Source: Candidatus Poribacteria bacterium
Lineage (GTDB): Bacteria; Poribacteria; WGA-4E; WGA-3G
Assembly (NCBI GenBank): GCA_965217715.1
Contig: OZ244563.1
Coordinates: 3,493,083 to 3,557,082 of the forward strand
DNA length: 64,000 bases
Direction of reading: 5' to 3'
Positions 56,272 through 64,000 of the stretch are shown in pieces (position 1 is the first letter of the stretch; each line of letters starts with the position of its first letter). The translations under genes were made by a program, and so were the position numbers. The notes under the pieces are model-generated. The model was given only the letters and a program-made list of their open reading frames with translations. It did no database searches and was not told the DNA's origin.

Positions 56272-57477
56272 ATGCAAACCAGTGAAAATACGCTCTCAAC
56301 ACAATGGAAAACACGCGCCAAAACACGTCATACCGTAGCAGGTATCCGCACATGGCATGTCAACCTGAACCCACGTGCAATGCCAACGCTCGGTTTTGCA
56401 AAGGGTGATATACCGGGACAGACTACACCCAAAAATGTTCATGTCGATTGGCGAGGCCCCTTCGCAGCACAAGCGGGCGCGTTAATCGTAGAAATTACGA
56501 CCGATAAAGGCTTAAAAGGATACGGACTCGGCGGCGGTGGACTTGCGGGGGCGATGATTATTGAGAAACACCTACAACACTTTGTCCTTGGACGAGACCC
56601 ACTTGATGTTGAACAGATTTGGGAACATCTTTATCACGTCACCTCAATTTACGGACGACGCGGACTTGTTATCTATGCGTTAAGTGGTATAGAACTTGCC
56701 CTCGTTGACCTGTGTGGTAAGATATTGGATGCACCTGTCTATAGCCTATTCGCGGATACACCGCGCCTTGAGATACCCGCCTATGCTACTGGTGCAGATG
56801 TCGGTTATTATGCAGAAAACGGATTCACTGCATGCAAGATTCCTCTTAAAAACGGACTCGCTGAGGGCGAAGATGGCTTCGCGCAAAACCTTGAGATGAT
56901 ACACACTGCACGTGATACTATCGGTCCAGAGGTGGAACTGATGACAGACATCTATCTCCGTTGGGATGTGGACTATACCCTCCGTTTTGCTGACGCAACA
57001 AGTGATGTTAACCTCAAATGGATTGAGGAACCGGTCCCACTTGACAACTACGCTGGCATGGCACAGTTAGTCCAAGAGATAGATCCGACATGGATTGTTT
57101 CTGGTGAACACGAATTCACCCGATACGGATTCCGCGAACTGTTAAGATGGAAGGCAGCAGATATGATTCAGCCAGATGTGAGTTGGGCGGGCGGTTTCAC
57201 GGAATGCCTCCGTATTGCACGCGAAGCTGCTGAACTTGGCATTCCGACATGGCTTCATCAAGCAGGAATACCGTGGGGATTGCATCTCACTGCATGTTTA
57301 CCGATGCCGTGTATGGCAGAGACGTTCGGTCCTTCGCGAAATGGTGTTGAAAATGAACTTTACCGCCGCTTGCGTCCTATCCCTCGCGACGGTTTTTTCA
57401 CGCTGAACGATGCACCAGGTTTTGGCGTTGATGTAGACGAAAAATTGTTGGATGCATATACAGTTGATCGGCTGTAA
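56272..57477 (+). CDS. Enolase-superfamily enzyme (mandelate racemase/muconate lactonizing enzyme family)
   Basis: KIPLKNG ... MTDIYLRWDVDYTL ... WIEEPV ... blocks of the MR/MLE capping and barrel domains. Confidence 0.75.
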   Translation: MQTSENTLSTQWKTRAKTRHTVAGIRTWHVNLNPRAMPTLGFAKGDIPGQTTPKNVHVDWRGPFAAQAGALIVEITTDKGLKGYGLGGGGLAGAMIIEKHLQHFVLGRDPLDVEQIWEHLYHVTSIYGRRGLVIYALSGIELALVDLCGKILDAPVYSLFADTPRLEIPAYATGADVGYYAENGFTACKIPLKNGLAEGEDGFAQNLEMIHTARDTIGPEVELMTDIYLRWDVDYTLRFADATSDVNLKWIEEPVPLDNYAGMAQLVQEIDPTWIVSGEHEFTRYGFRELLRWKAADMIQPDVSWAGGFTECLRIAREAAELGIPTWLHQAGIPWGLHLTACLPMPCMAETFGPSRNGVENELYRRLRPIPRDGFFTLNDAPGFGVDVDEKLLDAYTVDRL

Positions 57478-57580
57478 CGGGACGTACAAACATGTAAATT
57501 CTCGGTGTGCGGTGGTTCCTATATCTTGGCGGGGATATTGAGAAAACCCATTAACATTCCATATCCCATTGCGTTTGTTG

Positions 57581-57928
57581 TTAGTCGGGAAACCATATCC
57601 AGCAGACCCATGCACTAATATGTAGAATTAGGAGTGTAACAATGAGAAAGACACTAAGTCTGTGTCGCATCTTCGCGGAATTCCACTCGGGCTGTACTTT
57701 CTCCCTATATGTTACCGCTAATGAACACATTCCCCATGTGGCGAAGGGAATAAGGAAAAAGTTCTGTATTTCGACAGCGATGTTAAACATAAATATTATT
57801 CCACATAACACAGCAGAAACAGCCATGGCAATATACATATTATGACCTAAAAAATCTAATCTCTGCATAAGAACCTCCTGTTTGGATAGCCTGATATAAA
57901 AAATAGAAGTGTCAAAATGCAAACACAA
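57581..57928 (-). CDS. Small membrane protein, hypothetical
   Basis: 115 aa with two or three TM helices. No similarity recognised. Confidence 0.3.
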   Translation of the reverse strand: MCLHFDTSIFYIRLSKQEVLMQRLDFLGHNMYIAMAVSAVLCGIIFMFNIAVEIQNFFLIPFATWGMCSLAVTYREKVQPEWNSAKMRHRLSVFLIVTLLILHISAWVCWIWFPD

Positions 57929-58245
57929 TCCTATATCAGTAGGAATTATAACACTTTTGTTCTAATTCGACAACTTTATTGGTTTGAGTGTCAATATCTT
58001 ATACCAAATTGACTGGGTTCATCCTATTTTCTCGGTAGGTGAGCTTTATAAACGCACCATAGGCATCAATTTAGCGGTCCACCACTCTGGTAGGCGCGTT
58101 TCCAAAACGCGCCTACCTTTGGGTAATAAATCGGGCTTACAAGAAACAATCCAGCAATTTTTTCTTAAATTGACGCTTATGGTGAGCTTTATAAACGCAC
58201 CTACCGAGTGGAATCACGTTAATTTGGTATTAAACCGAGTTCCCG

Positions 58246-58563
58246 TTAATGATCATCAGTGTCGTAATGATCATTGATATTCGGACAAGAACCCCTGCAT
58301 AGTCGGTAGCCCACACTGCAGGCTGTCAGATTGGTTTTGCCATTCGGGCCGGGAATTTCAATATTAATAGGACAAGTATACCATATATGTCTCATATCCG
58401 CTGGATCATTTCCATCTAAAGCAGCTTGTGTTGTTGATCTTAGGCACGTAGGACATATAATATCCTCATTATAATATTTCCATGAAGACCAAGCGGTTTT
58501 GAAACGTTCTAGTGGATAGTCCATCCTAAAAGTTTGTTTTAGTTTTTGTAGATTTCTCGGCAT
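58246..58563 (-). CDS. Cys-rich small hypothetical protein
   Basis: Probable start at MPRNLQKL. The longer ORF-track extension overlaps the IS. Several CxxC-like pairs. Weak call. Confidence 0.25.
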   Translation of the reverse strand: MPRNLQKLKQTFRMDYPLERFKTAWSSWKYYNEDIICPTCLRSTTQAALDGNDPADMRHIWYTCPINIEIPGPNGKTNLTACSVGYRLCRGSCPNINDHYDTDDH

Positions 58564-58620
58564 CTTGACAAACAAAAGTGTTCTCTTATAGTATAGCAAT
58601 ACATAAGGAGGAACACACCC

Positions 58621-59064
58621 TTGAATAAGAAATATGTTGTCCAACTGACCGATGCGGAACGACAGGAGTTATCAGATATTATTAACACAGGTAAAAAAGA
58701 GGCATATATGATAAGGCATGCTCATATTTTGCTGAAATCAGATATAAATGGTCCCTGCTGGACTGACGCGAGAATAGCTGAGGCGTATGAGTGCACTGAT
58801 AGGACAGTTGCGAAAGTGCGTCAGCGTTTTGTGGAAGGTGGCTTTTCTCGTGCCTTATATCGTGCGAAGCGGAAGCATCCACCGACACCTCGTAAACTTG
58901 ATGGTGACGGAGAAGCAAGGTTGATAGCACTGAGTTGTGGAACCCCTCCCGAAGGTGCTGCCAAATGGACGTTACGTCTGCTTGCGTCAGAGTTGGTAAG
59001 ACTTGAAGTTGTGGAAAACATTTCTCCAGAAACGGTGCGGCAGACACTAAAAAAAACGCGTTGA
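58621..59064 (+). CDS. IS630-family transposase OrfA (HTH/winged-helix N-terminal part)
   Basis: MNKKYVVQLTDAERQELSDII ... WTLRLLASEL ... is typical IS630 OrfA. Confidence 0.8.
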   Translation: MNKKYVVQLTDAERQELSDIINTGKKEAYMIRHAHILLKSDINGPCWTDARIAEAYECTDRTVAKVRQRFVEGGFSRALYRAKRKHPPTPRKLDGDGEARLIALSCGTPPEGAAKWTLRLLASELVRLEVVENISPETVRQTLKKTR

Positions 59065-59747
59065 AACCACACCTTCAGCAACAGTGGGTGATACCCCCTG
59101 AAAAAGACGCTGAGTTTGTAAAGTCAATGGAAGAAGTGCTTGATCTTTACCAGAAACCTTTGGCTGCGGATACTCCTGTTGTGAACATGGACGAACAATC
59201 TGTCACACTTAGGGATGATGTTCGTGAACCGTATCCTGCGAAACCGGGACAAGTCAAGCGCGTAGATAACGAGTATAAACGCAAAGGCACAGCAAATATC
59301 TTCCTATTTACAGAGGCACTCTCGGGATGGCGGCGTGTGTCTGTTCGGACGCACCGAAAGACAGTGGATTGGGCAGAAGAAGTCAAAATACTATTGGATG
59401 AGGTCTACCCATCCGCAAAACAGGTCATTTTAGTTTGTGATAACCTGAATACACATAAACTCGCGTCACTCAATAAAGTGTTTGGAGATGAAGAAGCAGA
59501 TAGGTTCCGGAAGCGTTTAGAAATCGTGCATACCCCCATTCATGGAAGTTGGTTGAATATAGCGGAAATAGAACTTAGCGTCCTTACACGCCAATGTTTG
59601 TGTCGTCGAATCCCAGATATAGAGACACTCCGTAGAGAGACACAAGCGTGGCAAAAACGTAGAAATGCAGAGCAAAAGCAGGTAGACTGGCAATTTACAA
59701 CGGACGATGCGCGTGTCAGATTAAAACATCTATACCCGAAAAGTTAG
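59061..59747 (+). CDS. IS630-family transposase OrfB (DDE_3 catalytic domain)
   Basis: DDE_3 blocks. The frame is -1 relative to OrfA. The two are probably fused by programmed frameshifting on the A8 run. Confidence 0.8.
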   Translation: MKPHLQQQWVIPPEKDAEFVKSMEEVLDLYQKPLAADTPVVNMDEQSVTLRDDVREPYPAKPGQVKRVDNEYKRKGTANIFLFTEALSGWRRVSVRTHRKTVDWAEEVKILLDEVYPSAKQVILVCDNLNTHKLASLNKVFGDEEADRFRKRLEIVHTPIHGSWLNIAEIELSVLTRQCLCRRIPDIETLRRETQAWQKRRNAEQKQVDWQFTTDDARVRLKHLYPKS

Positions 59748-60084
59748 ACTGGACTAACCACTAGGAACCAATTAGTCTCTCATATTCATCGTGTTTACCA
59801 ATCCAAACCCAAGTGAAATCATTGCCATCTTTAGTGGCAAGAGCTCTATAATCTTACCCTACGCGGGCAGACCAATATTTGCCAACTTTCTTGAAATGTA
59901 GAGATCGGTGTCGTGGGTTAATTTTGAGGAGCTCGAAATTCTGTCTTGCAGTTTTTTTGTACAGGTTCAGGGAGTTGCTGAAAAAATCTCCAGAAACGCG
60001 TGGTTGTTCTGTGCGCCTAATGAACTTTGACAATCAAACGGGGTAATGTTATGATGGTATAATCCGAAATATAAGGAGTGTATC

Positions 60085-60375
60085 ATGGCAAAACGCAGAG
60101 AACTCTTTCTTACAGAAGAAGAAAGACAGAAACTGATTAAATATAGAGATCATCACCCTCGTCCTGATGTCAGAGAAAAAGCTGCAGCGTTGTTGAAAGT
60201 AAACGATGGTATTCCAGCACACCGGGTTTCGACCAGTGGGTTACTCAAACGCCGCAAGCCTGATACCGTCTACAGATGGTTGAATATTTATGAAGACGAA
60301 GGTTTTGATGGGTTAATACAGCGACAGCATGGAGGGGCAAGACAGCGATTTTCAAAAAAAAAGAAGAACTCTTAG
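60085..60375 (+). CDS. IS630-family transposase OrfA
   Basis: 96 aa with a basic HTH region. Ends in KKKKNS, encoded by the A9 slippery run. Confidence 0.75.
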   Translation: MAKRRELFLTEEERQKLIKYRDHHPRPDVREKAAALLKVNDGIPAHRVSTSGLLKRRKPDTVYRWLNIYEDEGFDGLIQRQHGGARQRFSKKKKNS

Positions 60376-60380
60376 AACGT

Positions 60381-61208
60381 GTGCGCCAAGCCCCAGATGA
60401 AGTTGTGGATAAAGCGAAAGGCGTTTCTACTGATGTGCCTCTCCCAAGTCGTTGGACGCTTCGGACACTACGTAGGAGCCTTGATTGGTTAGAAGGATAC
60501 AGCCTGAGTGGTGTTCATAGAGTGCTGTCTCGTTGCGGTTTGCGTCTTCGTTCAGGTCGCGTGCAGCAGTATAGTCCGGATCCTGAGTATAAGGAGAAAG
60601 TGTCGCATCTATGTTCCTGCTTACAGCAGACCGTTCACAATCATGGTAAACAAGAGTTAGTATTTCTTGATGAGATGGGATATACTCGCTGGCCTGAAGC
60701 TGGGCGTGTTTGGACACAAGCACCGCCGGAAAGTATTCCGGTAGCAGGTTGTGATGGAAATAATCAGCAATGGCGGATTATTGGTGCGCTGAATGGGTTG
60801 ACGGGACAGGTATGTTATCTTGATAACTATATTGTAGGACGTGCGAAAGTGGTTGAAATGTATCAGAAGTTGACACAAGTCTATCCACAAGCAGAAACAC
60901 TTTACGTTGTTCAAGACAACGGGTCTATTCACAAACATCCGGATGTGCTTGATGCGTTATCAGAGTTGCCACAGATCAAGCCTGTTTGGCTACCGACTTA
61001 TGCGCCGTGGTTGAACCCGATTGAGAAGTTGTGGAGATGGCTGCGGGTTGATGTGTTTAAGATGCATCGCTTTGCGGGCCAGTGGGAGGCGTTCAGAGCC
61101 CGGGTGAACGGATTTCTTGATCAATTTGCCGCTGGTTCGGACGACTTACTCCGTTATGTAGGACTGAAAGGCGGTGGTCTAATGGCTAACGCTTGTAGAC
61201 CTGTTTAA
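60381..61208 (+). CDS. IS630-family transposase OrfB (DDE_3)
   Basis: VFLDEMGYTR ... YVVQDNGSIHKH ... WLPTYAPWLNPIEKLW are canonical IS630 DDE_3 blocks. Confidence 0.8.
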   Translation: MRQAPDEVVDKAKGVSTDVPLPSRWTLRTLRRSLDWLEGYSLSGVHRVLSRCGLRLRSGRVQQYSPDPEYKEKVSHLCSCLQQTVHNHGKQELVFLDEMGYTRWPEAGRVWTQAPPESIPVAGCDGNNQQWRIIGALNGLTGQVCYLDNYIVGRAKVVEMYQKLTQVYPQAETLYVVQDNGSIHKHPDVLDALSELPQIKPVWLPTYAPWLNPIEKLWRWLRVDVFKMHRFAGQWEAFRARVNGFLDQFAAGSDDLLRYVGLKGGGLMANACRPV

Positions 61209-61290
61209 AAATTACCCAACTTGAACGTCAAAGTTCATTAGGGGCATTTACCAACAGGAAGTTTGAAAGCTTGCAAACCCTACGAAAAAT

Positions 61291-62691
61291 ATGACCGACA
61301 AACCGAATATCGTTTATCTTCTCGCAGATCAGATTCGCGCGTGCTCGTTGCCGGTATATGGTGATACGCAGATTGAAACACCACACATTGACCGACTCGC
61401 ACAAGAAGGCACCGTTTTCTCAAATGCAATTGCCACCGCACCTGTCTGCACACCTTACCGCTCCATGCTACTCACCGGACGACACCCACAGACAACCGGC
61501 CATCTCATCAATTTTGTCAATACCAGACACGATGAAATCGGACTCGGTGATGTTTTCAACCGAAACGGCTATCGGACAGCATGGGTCGGTAAATGGCATC
61601 TCCACACAGGTTCATTCCCAGAAATCGGTGGACGCGATTACGTCCCCGAAGGACGCGATAGACTCGGATTCCAACACTGGCGCGGTTATAACTTTCATAC
61701 CGACTATTTCAACGGCACTGTAAACCTTGACGGTTGGCGAAACGAAAGATGGAAAGGATATGAAACCGATGCCCTAAACCGATACGCCTTTCAGTTTATG
61801 GATGACGTGGACAACGATACGCCATTTTGTCTGTTTATCTCCCCGCATCAAGCGCACTCCACACCTTACGACTTTGCACCGCAGGAATACTATGACCGAC
61901 TGCCCGCCGAACTCCATCTACCAGAAAACGTTCCCGATTCGGTTAAAGAACAATCGTTAAAAATTTACCGACACTACCTCGCCATGACTTTAGCAGTAGA
62001 TGATATGCTCGGTGAACTGATGGCATACTTGGAAAAAACGGGACGTGTGGAAAATACCCTGCTTGTTTTCGGATCGGATCATGGAACACAAGGCGGCGCA
62101 CAAGGTATCAATTTCTGGGCAAAGAAGAAACCTTACGAGGAATCCATCAAAGTGCCACTCATCATGCGGCTACCCGGTGTTTTTGATAGCAATCGCACCT
62201 GTGACACTCTCACATCCCCCGTAGACTTGTTTCCATCGCTCTGCGGTTTATGTGGGATTCAACCTCCCCGAACAGTGGAAGGCTACGACCTTTCTGCATC
62301 TTGGCGTGGCGAAACAGATACCTTTGAACAGGACGCTGTGTTAACGATGAACTTCGGTGCAACCTACGATTATCTCGTTGATGGCGACGAGTGGCGCGGT
62401 GTTCGCACAAAAACGCATAGCTACGCACGTTGGCTTGATGGCAAACGGATGCTATACGACATTGAAGCAGACTCGCTGCAGATGAACAACCTGATTGACG
62501 TTCCCGAAGCAAAGTCGTTGGCAGATGAAATGGAGAACATCCTCCAAAATCTAATGGATGCCCGAAACGACAAACTCCAACCTGCCACAAGCTACACGGA
62601 TTGGTATGATGCCCAACGCCGTATTGTCCGAAACGCCCACGGTCCCCTCGGCGATCCAGAAGATGAACCTGACTGGTCACTTTTGAAATGA
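61291..62691 (+). CDS. Sulfatase (formylglycine-dependent)
   Basis: IVYLLADQIRA ... CTPYRSMLLTGRH ... GKWHL ... SDHG blocks. Confidence 0.9.
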   Translation: MTDKPNIVYLLADQIRACSLPVYGDTQIETPHIDRLAQEGTVFSNAIATAPVCTPYRSMLLTGRHPQTTGHLINFVNTRHDEIGLGDVFNRNGYRTAWVGKWHLHTGSFPEIGGRDYVPEGRDRLGFQHWRGYNFHTDYFNGTVNLDGWRNERWKGYETDALNRYAFQFMDDVDNDTPFCLFISPHQAHSTPYDFAPQEYYDRLPAELHLPENVPDSVKEQSLKIYRHYLAMTLAVDDMLGELMAYLEKTGRVENTLLVFGSDHGTQGGAQGINFWAKKKPYEESIKVPLIMRLPGVFDSNRTCDTLTSPVDLFPSLCGLCGIQPPRTVEGYDLSASWRGETDTFEQDAVLTMNFGATYDYLVDGDEWRGVRTKTHSYARWLDGKRMLYDIEADSLQMNNLIDVPEAKSLADEMENILQNLMDARNDKLQPATSYTDWYDAQRRIVRNAHGPLGDPEDEPDWSLLK

Positions 62692-63123
62692 GGTGGTAAT
62701 GTCCTCTAAAATGAGGTATAATGTTATTGGCTTTGAAGTTCCTGTGATACAGGTTTCCCTTTTCAATGGAGAGAGTAAAATGTCTAACGAACGCCTTACG
62801 CTTGAAGAAATGGAACAGAAATATCCTGACGAATGGTTGTTCATCATTGACTGTGAAATCAGCGAAAGCACCGAACTGTTGTCAGGGGTTGTTGCCGCTC
62901 ATAGTGAATCCAGAGACGATATTTATGAAGTCTCTGGGCACTATAAAGGCGGCGCAGCGATACATTTTACAGGTAAACCAACTGATCAGCACTGCCTATT
63001 ATCTCCTTGGATTGTACAGGTTGATTAGTCGAATCTGTCTTAATTTTCCCACACCAGATTAATGTAATGGTAGTACGTAGGTTGGGTAGAGCGAGCGAAA
63101 CCCAACATTTTGTATACCGCTTG

Positions 63124-63558
63124 CTATTCAGATGGTGGTTGTTGAATCACAGGTGTCTGAGTTCCGTCAAAAAACTGTTGGAGAATATCTATTACTGCCT
63201 TAAACTTCTCAAAGTCAGCAGGGTTTCTCCGCTCTTCACAAATCCATTGACAAAATTCTTTCTTCTTGAATTTAGTCTCAACCTCTTTCCTACCATGAAC
63301 ACCTTTTTTGGCTTCCTCTTCATAGAAACGTTCCTCAAAAAGGTGGTGAGAAAAAAGGTTTTCGATTCCTGCCTTATTATCGGTGTCATCAGGATTTGGA
63401 GGAATAGATCTTACCCAAATCTTCTCATCTGTTTCCTCTGTCTTTCCTGCATCCCAATCATAAAGGAGCAAAAACGGTTGATTTTGCAACGACGGATGTT
63501 TTTTAAAAAAGTCTCTTACTTTTTTTAATCCACTTTTTCCACCATTTTCATCACCCAA
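63124..63558 (-). CDS. Small protein downstream of the AAA_21 ATPase; possible split TOPRIM-like (DxD) partner
   Basis: 144 aa. FLLLYDWDAGK contains a DxD motif. Follows the ATPase stop by 38 nt on the same strand. Confidence 0.4.
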   Translation of the reverse strand: MGDENGGKSGLKKVRDFFKKHPSLQNQPFLLLYDWDAGKTEETDEKIWVRSIPPNPDDTDNKAGIENLFSHHLFEERFYEEEAKKGVHGRKEVETKFKKKEFCQWICEERRNPADFEKFKAVIDILQQFFDGTQTPVIQQPPSE

Positions 63559-63596
63559 TTTACCTTTTTCACCAACAGGTTTGATTTCTACGGAAT

Positions 63597-64000
63597 TCAG
63601 GAGTTCAATTTATTGAGAAGTATTAGGGCAGTTTTAATGTACTGCACATCTAACTTTCCTTCAGTCAAAATGGTAGGTTTTAGAGCATCATCGATAAGTT
63701 GTTCTATCTCCTTTTCAAAGCGTTCTGTAGATTGGAAGAATTCAAAGGCCTTCTCGAATTCAGAGAATCGCTCGCAACTAATCGGGTTTCCTTCAGGTAA
63801 CTTAATGATAGCGAACCTATCCGGTTCAAATGTTTTTTTCATCCCAAGCAGAAATAACGGAGAATGAGACGAAACGATAAACTGAACCTTTGGGAACAAT
63901 TTGATAAGTTCTGGAAGGACATCGTGTTGAAGAGTCGAGTGTAAATTAGTATCAATTTCATCTATGACTACAAGTCCTGTGATATCGCGGAGACGAATAC
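63597..64000 (-). CDS. AAA_21-type ABC ATPase, C-terminal part (gene continues beyond the window end)
   Basis: ...GLVVIDEIDTNLHSTLQHDVLPELIKLFPKVQFIVSSHSPLFLL is the Walker B/D-loop and H-loop region of AAA_21 ATPases. The ORF stays open to position 64000. Confidence 0.65.
   Translation of the reverse strand, partial: IRLRDITGLVVIDEIDTNLHSTLQHDVLPELIKLFPKVQFIVSSHSPLFLLGMKKTFEPDRFAIIKLPEGNPISCERFSEFEKAFEFFQSTERFEKEIEQLIDDALKPTILTEGKLDVQYIKTALILLNKLNS

Larger units (their letters stand above)
58600..59760 (+). mobile_element. IS630-family insertion sequence, copy 1 (boundaries approximate)
   Basis: OrfA (58621..59064, HTH) and OrfB (59061..59747, DDE_3: VVNMDEQ ... VCDNLNTHK ... GSWLNIAEIE) are in a -1 frame relationship. 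An A8 slippery run at 59049..59056 lies just before the OrfA stop. Terminal inverted repeats were not identified. Confidence 0.6.
60012..61246 (+). mobile_element. IS630-family insertion sequence, copy 2 (distinct sequence from copy 1), with terminal inverted repeats
   Basis: Left end TGCGCCTAATGAACTTTGACA (about 60013..60033). Right end TGTCAAAGTTCATTAGGGGCA, read as reverse complement (about 61226..61246), a roughly 20-bp inverted repeat. OrfA 60085..60375 and OrfB 60381..61208 are in a -1 frame relationship across an A9 run at 60354..60362. Confidence 0.7.

Noticed and set aside
63067-63528. 153-aa plus-strand ORF
   Set aside because: It is antisense to the minus-strand small-partner gene downstream of the AAA_21 ATPase. 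It is Leu/Phe/Lys-rich with no motifs, so probably a shadow ORF.

Overview
This 64-kb window looks like a metagenomic contig from an uncultured bacterium that is rich in sulfatases and in carbohydrate-active and secreted proteins. I cannot assign a lineage. The T9SS-type C-terminal domain, the dockerin and the sulfatase load hint at a marine or host-associated polysaccharide degrader.

The conserved backbone is a housekeeping operon, infC-rpmI-rplT-pheS-pheT, plus serS, tRNA-Asp, tRNA-Val, aroA, dapA-like, ubiE and bioB. Around it sit accessory blocks:
- three formylglycine-type sulfatases, an anaerobic sulfatase-maturating radical SAM enzyme, and a formylglycine-generating-enzyme-domain lipoprotein;
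- a GH32 glycosidase, a GHL10 protein, and a WD40-cohesin-dockerin protein with a T9SS C-terminal domain that is broken by a homopolymer frameshift;
- a restriction-modification cluster (gamma-class adenine methyltransferase, PD-DxK endonuclease-like gene, divergent beta-class methyltransferase) and a separate 1038-aa MmeI-like Type IIG enzyme;
- two unrelated copies of an AAA_21 ABC-ATPase gene followed by a small partner gene, which I read as candidate defense or abortive-infection modules (one runs off the window end);
- toxin-antitoxin pairs (DUF433/DUF5615, DUF4258/DUF2283) and a GIY-YIG-like plus TIR-like gene pair;
- two different IS630-family insertion sequences in tandem, each with a poly-A frameshift site;
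- three paralogous secreted LamG-type proteins that share a conserved C-terminal tail (KL[AT]TTWxx[VLI]KA).

The feature that stands out most is that almost every intergenic region is built from a modular set of short repeats. The common module is a hairpin, GGTAGG-[variable stem]-GGTT-AGGA/TCCT-AACC-[stem]-CCTACC, with compensatory stem changes between copies. There are at least six other repeat families. These combine into composite MITE-like units, including a MITE with AACGTGAGTTTGATAA terminal inverted repeats that itself carries the hairpin module. No CRISPR array is present.
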